In this document: one piece after another, positions 27,049-36,944 of the stretch
How positions within the stretch are numbered: position 1 is the first letter of the stretch
How the letters are laid out: every line of letters begins with the position of its first letter
Source of the DNA: a virus
Virus genome (UHGV): UHGV-0199215
DNA: 54,684 nt
Direction: 5' to 3' (one strand)
Translations under genes and position numbers: made by a program
The notes under the pieces: model-generated
What the model saw: only the letters and a program-made list of their open reading frames with translations
Databases searched by the model: none
Told to the model about the DNA's origin: nothing

Positions 27049-28716
27049 TCAGATTAATGAACTTGCAACCCTTGCGGCGAGTTCATTAGCTTCACGAGTA
27101 CGTAACCCCTGAGCGCTAAGTACATCAACACCAAACACCCTGTAAAACATCTTGTAAGCGTCATCAACGGGTATACCTTTATCACGCTGAATACCCGCCC
27201 ATGTGGTGATCATACTGCGTAATTTACGCTGTGCATCGTTCATTGCCTGAATGTTTTTCATTGCACTGTAAGCTGCAATAGGGGGTGCACCAGCGTTTAA
27301 CATTTGTTCTTTTACTGCAACAGGGTCACGGTCGATTATCACCACTGCCCGGCGTAATTCTTCCAATTCTTCAGGTGTCAGTTCACGTAAATTACCTTCT
27401 ACACGATCCGGGCCTGAGCGTTCGGCTTTTTCAGGAATATGACCACAATACGGGCAGCACGGAAGACCAGACGGATAAGGCTTCAGACACGGTGGAATAC
27501 CATTATCAGGATCACCCTTGTTTGTACATGTTGTATTACTGTTCCCACTGCTGTTAGATGAACGACGATCACGGTCATCTAAAGACCAGTTGTAGTGCTG
27601 ATCGGGAAGTGGAAAACCACGGGCCAGAAATCGACGAACATTACCGACTTTATCAATAATCAGTGCTTTTTTACCGGGTTTGAAACGCAATGGTCGACCC
27701 ATCTGTTGTACAAACAAAGAGTAAGATTCTGTTGGACGGTCCATTACAGCGCATTCCATCGCCGGGCAATCGTACCCTTCACCGAATAAATCGTTGTTAC
27801 ATAGCACGAGTGTTTTACGTCGTTCAAAACGTTCCAGAATATCCGCTCGTTCCTGATTGCTGTTTCGTGAGCTGATCGCCTCTGCAGGAATGCCAGCATC
27901 GCGAAATTCTTTTGCGAGTGCTTCAGCAGAATCTACGTCACACGTAAACACAACAGTGAGTAAACCGTCTGCGTACGTTTTCCACGTACTGACGGTATCA
28001 CCAACGATGTTTGAATCTTCCATCGCTTTTTTTAACGCAGAGGGTTTGTAATCACCCGTAGTATGGGAAATCATTTCTGCAGTTAATTCCAGGTCTGTTT
28101 CAGCCATGATCAGGCGATAATCAGCCAGGTGTTGTTGGCTGATTAACTCACGCATTGATGGACCGATGATCATCTGATCTGCGTAACCTGACGCATGACG
28201 ACCCAAGCCTTTACCGTCAGCACGGATCGGTGTAGCTGTAACACCCAGACCTTTAGCGTTAGGGAATTTTTCCCGGCAGTCTCCCCACTGTGTGCCACGT
28301 ACCAGGTGATGCGCTTCATCGCTGAATACAAGAGACACGTCGTTGTACCATCGTTCGTACTGTTTTGTTCTTAACGTTTGTGAACTGGTAATAACGATGT
28401 CAGCGCCGGGGGAATAGGTACTGTAACCAAGCGTTTTCATCTGCTGATTAGTTGCAAACTTAACAGTATCTTTTTGCGCTATAAATCTGTGTGGTAATCC
28501 CTGGCGAGCAACAGCCATTGCGATTTGACTAACCAGTTCTTTACGGTGTGCCTGGATGACTTTTACACCGTCGGATTTTACCAGTTCTGCAAGCGCTCGG
28601 GTCTTTCCTGCACCCGTGGGAAGTACAAGAATCACGTCATCAGCACCGTTCGACCATGCCTGGCGCACGTTGTTAACGGCATCTTGTTGATAGTGACGAA
28701 GTGGTTGTTGACTCAC
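27049..28716 (-). CDS. SF2 DNA helicase (DEAH box) with C-terminal Cys cluster
   Basis: Walker A VLPTGAGKT, FSDEAHH box, CPYCG ribbon. Confidence 0.85.
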   Translation of the reverse strand: MSQQPLRHYQQDAVNNVRQAWSNGADDVILVLPTGAGKTRALAELVKSDGVKVIQAHRKELVSQIAMAVARQGLPHRFIAQKDTVKFATNQQMKTLGYSTYSPGADIVITSSQTLRTKQYERWYNDVSLVFSDEAHHLVRGTQWGDCREKFPNAKGLGVTATPIRADGKGLGRHASGYADQMIIGPSMRELISQQHLADYRLIMAETDLELTAEMISHTTGDYKPSALKKAMEDSNIVGDTVSTWKTYADGLLTVVFTCDVDSAEALAKEFRDAGIPAEAISSRNSNQERADILERFERRKTLVLCNNDLFGEGYDCPAMECAVMDRPTESYSLFVQQMGRPLRFKPGKKALIIDKVGNVRRFLARGFPLPDQHYNWSLDDRDRRSSNSSGNSNTTCTNKGDPDNGIPPCLKPYPSGLPCCPYCGHIPEKAERSGPDRVEGNLRELTPEELEELRRAVVIIDRDPVAVKEQMLNAGAPPIAAYSAMKNIQAMNDAQRKLRSMITTWAGIQRDKGIPVDDAYKMFYRVFGVDVLSAQGLRTREANELAARVASSLI

Positions 28717-28753
28717 GTATCTTTCCTTCAGTTAATATCGAATCGTGAAAAAA

Positions 28754-28797
28754 GTTTAAAATAGTTCTTGACGTATTGCAACTTATTCCTCTAACAT
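28754..28797 (+). promoter_or_regulatory. conserved phage promoter (first of a tandem pair)
   Basis: TTTAAAATAGTTCTTGACG, 17 nt spacer, CTAACA/TAACAT. Confidence 0.6.
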
Positions 28798-28818
28798 CTG
28801 CATCAACGAAAGGCGAGT

Positions 28819-28860
28819 GTAAAAATAATTCTTGACAGATTACACAACACCTTTTAAAGT
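28819..28860 (+). promoter_or_regulatory. conserved phage promoter (second of a tandem pair)
   Basis: AAAAATAATTCTTGACA, 17 nt spacer, TAAAGT. Confidence 0.6.
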
Positions 28861-28892
28861 TAGCGATAACCAAACAACAAGAGGAAAACGTA

Positions 28893-29663
28893 ATGTTCGA
28901 AGTTAAATTACTTGTAACTGCTCCGGGTCTGGAAACTGCGATCAACAATCTGGCAAATGCTATTGCGACTGGTGCTGCACCACTCATGACTGCTCAGGAT
29001 GATGGTATCACTAAAGAAACCGTGACAGTCGTTGCTGAATCACTGCCTGTTGTATCAGCAACAACTGAAGATATTGACGATAACGAAACCAGCACTGAAG
29101 AGTTCGACAAATGGGGTTTGCGCCACGATCCACGTATCCACACTGACAGTAAATCCCTGAACAAAGGTGATGGTCTGTGGCGTCAAAAGAAAAAACTGGA
29201 TGAAGCGTTTGTTGACGGTGTTAAACGTGAACTTATTGCTGAAGCAGTTGAAGCAGGGCGTTATACCGGACCTGCAGAACTTGCACCGGGTTATGTAGCA
29301 CCTGTTGATCCTGCTCCAGCGGTTCCTGCCGCTCCGGTAGCTCCAGTTGTACCAGCAGCACCGGCTGCACCAGTCGCGCCTGTCGAGCAACCTGTAACCA
29401 CGGATCCAGCTAAAGTTTATAATACCCAGGTTCTTCAGTCAGCACTAATGCAGATGTTTGGACAAATTACGGGTGACCGTGCCGCGCCATTAAGTCAGCG
29501 AATCATGGGACTGTATGAAACTCAGAACGTGATGCAGATTGACGACCCAGTAAAACTGAAATCTATCATCGAACTGATTGAACGCATTAACGCGGCCCCG
29601 GCTGATGCTGAAAACATTGTTGGTCAGGCTGAATCTGTTAAACAAATGGGTGGGGCATTCTGA
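28893..29663 (+). CDS. hypothetical protein with Pro/Ala/Val-rich linker
   Basis: 256 aa; AAGAGGA upstream; central PAPAVPAAPVAPVVPAAPAAPVAP. Confidence 0.55.
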   Translation: MFEVKLLVTAPGLETAINNLANAIATGAAPLMTAQDDGITKETVTVVAESLPVVSATTEDIDDNETSTEEFDKWGLRHDPRIHTDSKSLNKGDGLWRQKKKLDEAFVDGVKRELIAEAVEAGRYTGPAELAPGYVAPVDPAPAVPAAPVAPVVPAAPAAPVAPVEQPVTTDPAKVYNTQVLQSALMQMFGQITGDRAAPLSQRIMGLYETQNVMQIDDPVKLKSIIELIERINAAPADAENIVGQAESVKQMGGAF

Positions 29664-30808
29664 TGACAAGTCACGCTACCTTTAGTGCCAGTGGATCAAA
29701 ACGTTGGTTAGCTTGTCCGGGTAGCGTTCAACTGTCACAGCGGATTGATTATGTAGAACCATCATCACCCAGTGCTGAAGAAGGTACAGCCGGGCACTGG
29801 GTGTTAGAACAGAAGATTAAAGGTAAACAGCCATTAATGCCGTGTATTGCTCCTAACGGTGTTCAGGTTACTGAAGACATGCACATTTACGCGGATGACT
29901 TTATAGCAGATGTTCTTTCAGTTGGTGCGAAACTTGATCCGCTGTTTTCAGAAGTTCGCATTCACATTGACTGGTTGTTACCCGGTCAGTACGGAACCTG
30001 TGATTATCGCTGGTATGACTTTAATACTGATACGCTTTATGTATGGGATTATAAATACGGTCATGTTGCAGTTGACGCAGTTGATAACTCACAGGGGGTC
30101 TATTATGCACTGGACCAACGTTGCATCGACACTGTTAAGCGCGTTGTGTTCACAATTGTTCAGCCACGGGCTTATCACCCACTCGGACCTGTAAGACGAT
30201 GGGAGTTTAACCTGGCAACATTGATGGAATGGGCTGAACGATTTAAACACGGGTTTAACGAAGCACATAAACCAGACGCACCTTTAAATGTTGGTAGTCA
30301 TTGTCATTACTGTCCGGCGCGTGGTATGTGTCCGGCGATGTATGAGAGGGTTTTAGAATTGGCTACTGTTCTTGATGCACCACCATCACTTACGCCAGAA
30401 GAAGTAGCGCGTCGTCTGGCACTTCTTGAAGAACTGTATACGCGTTCTTCTGAAGCAAAAACAGCGTTACATACTCAGGGGTTACATTTTGTTCGTATGG
30501 GTAAAGTTTTACCGGGTTTTAAACTTGCAACAAAACAAACCCGACGTCAGCTTACGGACGAAGGAAAACTGATCGGTGCTGCACCCATGTTTGGTGTAAA
30601 CCCTGAAACATTGTACGAACGTAAATTAAAACCATTGTCAACACTGGAAAAATCACTGCCTCCGGCACTTGTTGACATGTGTACGACAAAACCAGAAGGT
30701 CAGCCAGTTTTAGTACCTGACAGTGACCCGCGTAAAGGTCACAGCACACTGGCAGAATCTGTTTTTAATAAACCCGTGACGATGCCGACTGGCGCACGTC
30801 CACTTTAA
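29663..30808 (+). CDS. Cas4-like PD-(D/E)xK nuclease (DUF2800-like)
   Basis: N-terminus ...SASGSKRWLACPGS; Cys cluster CHYCPARGMCP. Confidence 0.7.
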   Translation: MTSHATFSASGSKRWLACPGSVQLSQRIDYVEPSSPSAEEGTAGHWVLEQKIKGKQPLMPCIAPNGVQVTEDMHIYADDFIADVLSVGAKLDPLFSEVRIHIDWLLPGQYGTCDYRWYDFNTDTLYVWDYKYGHVAVDAVDNSQGVYYALDQRCIDTVKRVVFTIVQPRAYHPLGPVRRWEFNLATLMEWAERFKHGFNEAHKPDAPLNVGSHCHYCPARGMCPAMYERVLELATVLDAPPSLTPEEVARRLALLEELYTRSSEAKTALHTQGLHFVRMGKVLPGFKLATKQTRRQLTDEGKLIGAAPMFGVNPETLYERKLKPLSTLEKSLPPALVDMCTTKPEGQPVLVPDSDPRKGHSTLAESVFNKPVTMPTGARPL

Positions 30809-30823
30809 AAGAAGGTTAATAAC

Positions 30824-31615
30824 ATGGCACAGAAAGAATCTTTTGTAACTCCGGTTGGTCGTCTGGTTGGCGGTTCTTTTTTCGATATCAACACCCATGA
30901 CCACGAAAACAAACCGTTAGCACCTGAAAAACACAACTGGTGGGTTGGTCTGGCGTTTCCTAAAACAGCGGCGAACTGGTGGGAAGAACAAGGTGAACTG
31001 GGTGCGGTATTCCAGGCGATTATGCGAGCGGCTAATTCACACTATGTGAATGGCGAACCACAACAACCTACTTTCGCATGGAAAATTATTAACGGTGACG
31101 ACCCGAAACATGCGAGTAAAACTGGTTATGCTGGTCACTGGGTAATTGGTTTCTCACGCAACGTGGCTATTGACGCGTGTCCGGTTTATAACGCAGCGTA
31201 CCAGCCAGTTATTGATAAAAATCTGGCGAAAAAAGGTTATTACTACCGTATCAGCGGATCATCTGTTGCAAACGGTCGTACAGGTAATCAGGCTGGTGTG
31301 TATATCAACATGGAAATGGCGCAATTGCTTTATGCAGGTGAAGAAATCATTTCCGGTCCGGCTCCTGCCTCTGTGTTCGGTGCGGCTCCTGCAATGCCTG
31401 AAGGTGCACGTCCGATCGGCGTAACACCAGCGGCAGCACCTGTAGCAGCGCCTACACCAGCGGCAGCACCTGTGAAAGTAATGACTGAAAAAGCAGGTGG
31501 TGCAACTTACGAACAGTTTATTGCACAAGGTTGGAACGATGAACAACTGATCGCTAACGGTTATATGGTAATGACCACTCCGGCCCCGAATTTTCTCAAC
31601 GGTAACGGTTACTGA
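30824..31615 (+). CDS. putative ssDNA-binding protein (DUF2815-like)
   Basis: Position between nuclease and polymerase; N-terminus VTPVGRLV...F; Ala/Pro linker then conserved C-terminal motif. Confidence 0.5.
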   Translation: MAQKESFVTPVGRLVGGSFFDINTHDHENKPLAPEKHNWWVGLAFPKTAANWWEEQGELGAVFQAIMRAANSHYVNGEPQQPTFAWKIINGDDPKHASKTGYAGHWVIGFSRNVAIDACPVYNAAYQPVIDKNLAKKGYYYRISGSSVANGRTGNQAGVYINMEMAQLLYAGEEIISGPAPASVFGAAPAMPEGARPIGVTPAAAPVAAPTPAAAPVKVMTEKAGGATYEQFIAQGWNDEQLIANGYMVMTTPAPNFLNGNGY

Positions 31616-31655
31616 TAGTTACTGGAACTGGGACGACATACCGCTTTAAACAGAC

Positions 31656-31675
31656 ATGGGGCCATAGTGCCCCAT
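31656..31675 (+). terminator. possible attenuator hairpin upstream of the polymerase gene
   Basis: atggggccatagtgccccat stem-loop without a clear U-run. Confidence 0.3.
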
Positions 31676-31695
31676 TTACTTATCAGGGTTTTATT

Positions 31696-33552
31696 ATGTC
31701 AGATGCTTACGTTCACGATATTGAAAACTATCCTAATGTTTTTCTGTTCGGTGCTATTCACGCGTTAACTGAAACACCTTATATTTTTGAGATTTCACAT
31801 CGTCGCGATGATCGTCAGGCTTTTTACCTGTTCACAGAATATTTGCGTGAATATCGTGCTGAAGAAGTTGGTTATAACAATCTGGGTTACGACTATCCTG
31901 TTCAGCATTCTATTTTGAACAACATCATGTATATCACCAACGCAGACATTTATAAAAAAGGTGATTCGATAATTAACGCTGGTGATGAAAATCGTTTTGC
32001 TCATATGGTGTGGGAAAAAGACTGGATAGTTCCCCAGCTTGATTTATATAAAATTCATCATTTCGACAATCAGGCAAAACGAACAAGTCTGAAAACACTT
32101 GAATTCAATATGAGAATGGAAAACATTGAAGACCTCCCGTTTACACCAGGGACTTATTTAACCGATTCTCAAATTGATACGCTTCGTCAATATCTGATAC
32201 ACGATTTAAAAGCGACTTTGATGTTTTATAAACACAGTAAAAAGCTAATCGATTTTCGTCGTGAACTTTCTGCTAAATACGGTCGTAATTTCATGAACCA
32301 TAATGACACGAAAATCGGTAAAGACTATTTCATTATGGAACTTGAAAAATCAGGTATTCAATGTTTCGAACCGGGTAGCAGAAAACCACGGCAGACGCAC
32401 AGACCATCAATCGCATTGAACAGTGTGATTTTCCCTTATGTTCGTTTTGAACAGCCTGAATTTAATCGTGTTCTTAACTGGTTACGTCAACAGGTCATCA
32501 CTGAAACAAAAGGTGTATTCACAGATTTAAGCGCAGACATTAACGGGTTCTCGTTTGATTTTGGTACGGGTGGTATCCACGGGTCTATTGAATCTCAAAC
32601 TGTCAGGTCCACTGAAAATTATGTGATCATCGATCTGGACGTTGCCAGTTTTTACCCGAACCTTGCGATCAGTAATGAACTCTATCCGGCACATCTTGGA
32701 AAGCAATTTTGCACCATTTATAAAAATGTTTATGACATGCGTTCCAGTTACCCGAAAGGTACACCAGAAAACGCAATGTTAAAACTGGCGTTAAACGGTG
32801 TGTATGGTGACAGTAATAACGTATACAGTCCGTTCTACGATCCTGCTTACACAATGGCTATTACGATTAACGGACAGTTACTTTTGTGCATGTTGGCTGA
32901 AGAACTTCTGAAAATCCCTGGTTTGTCCATGATTCAGGCTAACACAGATGGTCTTACGGTTTACGTACCACGAGTGTTTACCGGACAAGTAGAACAGGTT
33001 CGTCACGCGTGGGAAAAATTAACCAGACTCCAGCTTGAAGAAGCGATTTATGACGTGATGTTTATCCGCGATGTAAATAACTACATCGCTGTTTACGAAG
33101 GTGGTAAGAAAGTTAAACGTAAAGGTGCTTATTGTCACAGTGTTGATCTGGGTTGGCATCAAAACCACAGTATGCAGGTTGTCGCAAAAGCGGCTGAGGC
33201 AGCACTGGTACACAATAAAGATATTCGTGATTTTATAACATCACACGAAGATATTCACGATTTTATGTTAGTGACGAAAGTACCGCGTAACAGCAAATTA
33301 CTATGGGGTGATAAACAGGTTCAGAACATTACCCGTTATTACGTCAGTACAGATGGTGCACCGTTGACAAAAGTCATGCCACCGCTGACAAAATCACTGA
33401 AACTGAACCCTGACGCGCCTGAACGCCGCATGTCAGTGTGTAAAGGTTGGTTGACCACTGAGTGCAACGACATGAAACGTTTTAACCGGGCAACGCTCAA
33501 TTATGATTTTTACATCAAAGAAGCTGAAAAACTCGTTGCACCACTTCGGTAA
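31696..33552 (+). CDS. DNA polymerase (polymerase domain only, family B-like motifs)
   Basis: DVASFYPNL, KLALNGVYGDS and ANTDGL resemble family B motifs A, B and C; no exonuclease motifs seen. Confidence 0.75.
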   Translation: MSDAYVHDIENYPNVFLFGAIHALTETPYIFEISHRRDDRQAFYLFTEYLREYRAEEVGYNNLGYDYPVQHSILNNIMYITNADIYKKGDSIINAGDENRFAHMVWEKDWIVPQLDLYKIHHFDNQAKRTSLKTLEFNMRMENIEDLPFTPGTYLTDSQIDTLRQYLIHDLKATLMFYKHSKKLIDFRRELSAKYGRNFMNHNDTKIGKDYFIMELEKSGIQCFEPGSRKPRQTHRPSIALNSVIFPYVRFEQPEFNRVLNWLRQQVITETKGVFTDLSADINGFSFDFGTGGIHGSIESQTVRSTENYVIIDLDVASFYPNLAISNELYPAHLGKQFCTIYKNVYDMRSSYPKGTPENAMLKLALNGVYGDSNNVYSPFYDPAYTMAITINGQLLLCMLAEELLKIPGLSMIQANTDGLTVYVPRVFTGQVEQVRHAWEKLTRLQLEEAIYDVMFIRDVNNYIAVYEGGKKVKRKGAYCHSVDLGWHQNHSMQVVAKAAEAALVHNKDIRDFITSHEDIHDFMLVTKVPRNSKLLWGDKQVQNITRYYVSTDGAPLTKVMPPLTKSLKLNPDAPERRMSVCKGWLTTECNDMKRFNRATLNYDFYIKEAEKLVAPLR

Positions 33553-33591
33553 ACCGTATAGAATTATTTAAAACTTATTGAGGCGATAACA

Positions 33592-34128
33592 ATGCATACT
33601 TCACACAAATTCGTAGCTGGTTCACCGATTGGTGTCTTTACTCCCGGTAAAATTTACAACCGTGTTGACGGGTTCACCCGTGATGGTCGTTCCCGTGGTT
33701 TTTATATTGATGACCGTGGTGAATTCCGTTTAACAGACGACGACATGTTCGAACCTGCAGAACAGGTCCAACTGCGTTTACCACAGATGCCAATGTTTCC
33801 GGCCCGTCAGGAACGTCTGAAACTGGCTGCGCGCTGGGGAACGTCTGAAATCAGTATCAGTAACTGGTACAAAGTTGATGACCTGATGAAACCGTGGCGC
33901 ATCAGTGACGCTATCTGTGGCACTCGTGTTCTTACAGAACCTAATACAACGACGTTTAAACCCGGTGAACTGGCTGAACTGGCTAACTCCCGTGGTTATC
34001 TGCTGTCAGAATTATCCGTTCGTTGGGGTTGGCATTACGGATGTGAAACTCTACACACTATCAGCACGGATCCGCGTCGTGTTGCACTTATCTGGGATAT
34101 GTTAGAAGGAATGAATCGTCATGACTGA
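33592..34128 (+). CDS. hypothetical protein
   Basis: 178-aa ORF. Confidence 0.5.
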   Translation: MHTSHKFVAGSPIGVFTPGKIYNRVDGFTRDGRSRGFYIDDRGEFRLTDDDMFEPAEQVQLRLPQMPMFPARQERLKLAARWGTSEISISNWYKVDDLMKPWRISDAICGTRVLTEPNTTTFKPGELAELANSRGYLLSELSVRWGWHYGCETLHTISTDPRRVALIWDMLEGMNRHD

Positions 34129-34441
34129 TTACAGTAAGTTGAGCGATAGAGAGATCGATCGTCTTGTCTTGAATATTATCTACGGTGTTCATGCTGACGA
34201 TAAAGATATTCAAGGTTGTTGGTCACGGGGCGGTTTCAAATATACCAGTGACGCTTCTGATGCATGGCAAATTATTGTTGATAATGGTATTTCGCTGGAA
34301 TGTATTATAGTGAATAGGCACGAGAAAACATGGCGAGCGCAATTCAAACCTGCATATGTTAAACATCATACGAACCATAAAAACCCACTCCGTGCCGCAA
34401 TGATTGTGTTCTTACAGATGCAGGAAAACAACCATGATTAA
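34121..34441 (+). CDS. hypothetical protein
   Basis: 106-aa ORF with ATGA overlap. Confidence 0.5.
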   Translation: MTDYSKLSDREIDRLVLNIIYGVHADDKDIQGCWSRGGFKYTSDASDAWQIIVDNGISLECIIVNRHEKTWRAQFKPAYVKHHTNHKNPLRAAMIVFLQMQENNHD

Positions 34442-34787
34442 ACTCTGTTACATTGCCGGGCCTTATCGTGCTGACTGTGCGCTTAAAACATCCCGTAACG
34501 TGTCACGTGCTGAACAGGCGGGTAAACGACTGGCTTTACAACGTCCGGGATGGTTCCCGGTTATTCCTCACAAGAACACCGAATTGTGGGACTTTGACGG
34601 CGGTTTACGCAATATACAACCTGAATACTACCTGTCAGGCACATTAGAAGTTATGCGCCGCTGTGACGCTGTTCTGGTGCTTCCTGATTATCGTCGTTCG
34701 TCCGGGACTATTGCAGAAATTGCAGAAGCTGAACGTCTGGGTATTCCTGTGTATTACAGCGTGGAGAGTGTACCTGAACATGGCTAA
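34434..34787 (+). CDS. nucleoside 2-deoxyribosyltransferase-like protein (DUF4406-like)
   Basis: N-terminal YIAGPYR and CDAVLVLP...GIPVYY pattern; ATG 34434 overlaps upstream stop. Confidence 0.55.
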   Translation: MIKLCYIAGPYRADCALKTSRNVSRAEQAGKRLALQRPGWFPVIPHKNTELWDFDGGLRNIQPEYYLSGTLEVMRRCDAVLVLPDYRRSSGTIAEIAEAERLGIPVYYSVESVPEHG

Positions 34788-35301
34788 AGACAACTGGGAA
34801 ACACCGTGGGATTTTATTGATAACGTTTCTCGTGAATTCCCACTTGTTCTTGATGTGTGTACCGATGGTTCTAACACTAAATGTTCGTTATTTATCACTG
34901 ATAGTCTGAATAAAGACTGGCATTCGATTGTTCAAAATAATGGTGGTGGGTTCATCTGGTGTAACCCACCGTACAGCGATCCGTCTCCCTGGGTTAATAA
35001 AATAATAACCACTGTTCATCAGGGAACTGGTTCGTTATTACTCGTGAACGCTATGACGTCTGCAGACTGGTTTCACAAAGCACTGACACATTGTTCGGAA
35101 CTATGGGTGTTTAAAGGCCGTATAGCGTTTGTAGACCCTGACACCGGGTTACCAGCAGGAGGAAATGACCGTTCACAGGTGATGTTTGTTTTCGACCCAC
35201 ATCGTATAGGTGAATGTAAAACGAGATCTGTAAAAGTTTCCGACTATCAGAAAATAAAACGACAAGCGTACAGGAGTTATTGTTATGTCCACAATCGTTG
35301 A
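34780..35301 (+). CDS. DNA N6-adenine methyltransferase (phage Dam-like)
   Basis: Catalytic NPPY motif (WCNPPYSD); ATG 34780 inside ATGGCTAA overlap with upstream gene. Confidence 0.75.
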   Translation: MAKDNWETPWDFIDNVSREFPLVLDVCTDGSNTKCSLFITDSLNKDWHSIVQNNGGGFIWCNPPYSDPSPWVNKIITTVHQGTGSLLLVNAMTSADWFHKALTHCSELWVFKGRIAFVDPDTGLPAGGNDRSQVMFVFDPHRIGECKTRSVKVSDYQKIKRQAYRSYCYVHNR

Positions 35302-35518
35302 GTTTAACCCTATGGACCCGGCGAAACGTCCCACAGGGCGCTTTGCACGGTTGCCACAAACACGCGAACAGTTTTTTCCATTGTTGAACATGCGAGGGAT
35401 TAAAACAGATCCACATGGGTTGATAGGAACATCCTTGTTCATGTACCGGACTGAATATCCGGTTCCCGCATCGTGGATTGAAGTATCGGTTGAAGATTTA
35501 CTGAAGACTGTCTACTAA
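35285..35518 (+). CDS. hypothetical protein
   Basis: 77-aa ORF. Confidence 0.45.
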   Translation: MSTIVEFNPMDPAKRPTGRFARLPQTREQFFPLLNMRGIKTDPHGLIGTSLFMYRTEYPVPASWIEVSVEDLLKTVY

Positions 35519-35746
35519 TGCGTTGTGAATAGTTGCACATTTGAAATAAATATCTAACCACTTGTCATTAACATCTGTTGAATCACTTCCTGTCAGACCG
35601 TTCAGCCGTGGAAGGTTTTCGGTCTGACACTTCTGAACTAATGCGGCCTGATAAACGGGCTTCTGCTTCGGTAACTCGTTCGTTGTACAGGCGTTGATAT
35701 TCAGAAGTAAGACACTCATTACGAAAAACAGTATTAGTCTTTTCAT
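35498..35746 (-). CDS. o-spanin (Rz1-like lipoprotein)
   Basis: Signal peptide ending LNINAC; overlaps the 3' end of the Rz-like gene in another frame. Confidence 0.5.
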   Translation of the reverse strand: MKRLILFFVMSVLLLNINACTTNELPKQKPVYQAALVQKCQTENLPRLNGLTGSDSTDVNDKWLDIYFKCATIHNALVDSLQ

Positions 35747-35981
35747 GTCGTATTTCCACGATTTTAGTATTCTGCGACCAGTCAGCTAAACCACGAAGTA
35801 CATCATCCGCCAGTTCCTGTTGTGCCTTTAACCGTTGTTGTTCCCGTTGTGCATCGTCTAAACGTTCCTGACGTTCTTCATTTACCCGTGCTTTATATCC
35901 CGCGTGGTAACACGTATACGCACCAGCGCCTAATACCAGAATAGTTGCAACAACGGTGATTAACACGCTACGGGTTGTCAT
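35583..35981 (-). CDS. i-spanin (Rz-like)
   Basis: N-terminal transmembrane helix followed by charged coiled-coil region. Confidence 0.55.
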   Translation of the reverse strand: MTTRSVLITVVATILVLGAGAYTCYHAGYKARVNEERQERLDDAQREQQRLKAQQELADDVLRGLADWSQNTKIVEIRHEKTNTVFRNECLTSEYQRLYNERVTEAEARLSGRISSEVSDRKPSTAERSDRK

Positions 35982-36198
35982 TTGGCGTACCTCGTTGTTT
36001 ATCTACAGCGATTTTTTTAGCACCAACATACTGACCTATACAGAAACCGAAATAGGTTAACAGCACTGTATCATCAAGTGTGCGATCCACGGCCTGGTAA
36101 ATCAGAATGCCTGTTACCACAAGGAAGCCTAAAGCCGCTTGTGCGCGGCTTAAAGAGATCCCCCCGGTTGTGTTACGTAATATGCTGAACTTGTCCAT
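35968..36198 (-). CDS. holin-like membrane protein
   Basis: Two hydrophobic helices; adjacent to endolysin; start chosen at MDKFSILR. Confidence 0.45.
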   Translation of the reverse strand: MDKFSILRNTTGGISLSRAQAALGFLVVTGILIYQAVDRTLDDTVLLTYFGFCIGQYVGAKKIAVDKQRGTPNDNP

Positions 36199-36208
36199 GA
36201 CAGTTATC

Positions 36209-36598
36209 TCACGCCGGATATTTCGCATGTGGTAACTGGAAGTGTGGACCATCTTTCAGTGTTTTCCAGTCACCACCCCATTCAACAGAGATATTCAGTT
36301 CTTTTGCAGCCTGTTTAAATGCAGTGGCAATTTGTTCGTAATACTTCCACTCCCACGACCCGGCAGATGTAGGATAAGCAAATACATCCACGGCGTGACC
36401 CGAAATATGGCGACTGTTCATCGTCTGACTTTTACCTGCAGCAACCAGTTGTCGTTGTCGTTCAACAGTTCGTAAACCTTCTGTGATACCGAAATCAACG
36501 GGTGATAACTGAAGTGCTCGACGCACGATTTTCACAAGATCCGGGTTAACCCCTTTCAGATTATTTTCACTTCTCTGACTGAATTTAAAGTTACTCAT
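36209..36598 (-). CDS. endolysin, L-alanyl-D-glutamate peptidase (T5 Lys-like)
   Basis: N-terminus MSNFKFSQRSENNLKGVNPDLVKIVRRAL closely resembles T5 endolysin; His/Asp metal-ligand pattern. Confidence 0.8.
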   Translation of the reverse strand: MSNFKFSQRSENNLKGVNPDLVKIVRRALQLSPVDFGITEGLRTVERQRQLVAAGKSQTMNSRHISGHAVDVFAYPTSAGSWEWKYYEQIATAFKQAAKELNISVEWGGDWKTLKDGPHFQLPHAKYPA

Positions 36599-36918
36599 TG
36601 CTTACTCCCGGTTTTACGTTGTTCCGCTTTTAAACCTTCAATAACAACTTTCAGGTCATTTGTTGACTGTGTTAGCTCTTTAACACTAGTGAGGATTTCA
36701 GCGTTCTGTGTTGCCTGATATTCAATTTTGATGTCGTGAACATCCACTCGGGATTCCACTCGCTTTGCCAGATTAAGCGCCTCGTGTGCATAGGTTTTTG
36801 CATCTGCAATATCTTTTTCATTAGAATTGATTTGGTTTTGAGTTACCCCGTAACCTACCAACCCTGTAGCAACAAATGCTATTATAGGCCAATACCTCAA
36901 CACTGGGTTATCAGACAT
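36595..36918 (-). CDS. lysis-associated membrane protein (holin or antiholin candidate)
   Basis: One N-terminal transmembrane helix then coiled coil; heads the lysis cassette. Confidence 0.45.
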   Translation of the reverse strand: MSDNPVLRYWPIIAFVATGLVGYGVTQNQINSNEKDIADAKTYAHEALNLAKRVESRVDVHDIKIEYQATQNAEILTSVKELTQSTNDLKVVIEGLKAEQRKTGSKQ

Positions 36919-36944
36919 TGTTCTACACTCCTGGAGACTTAAAG

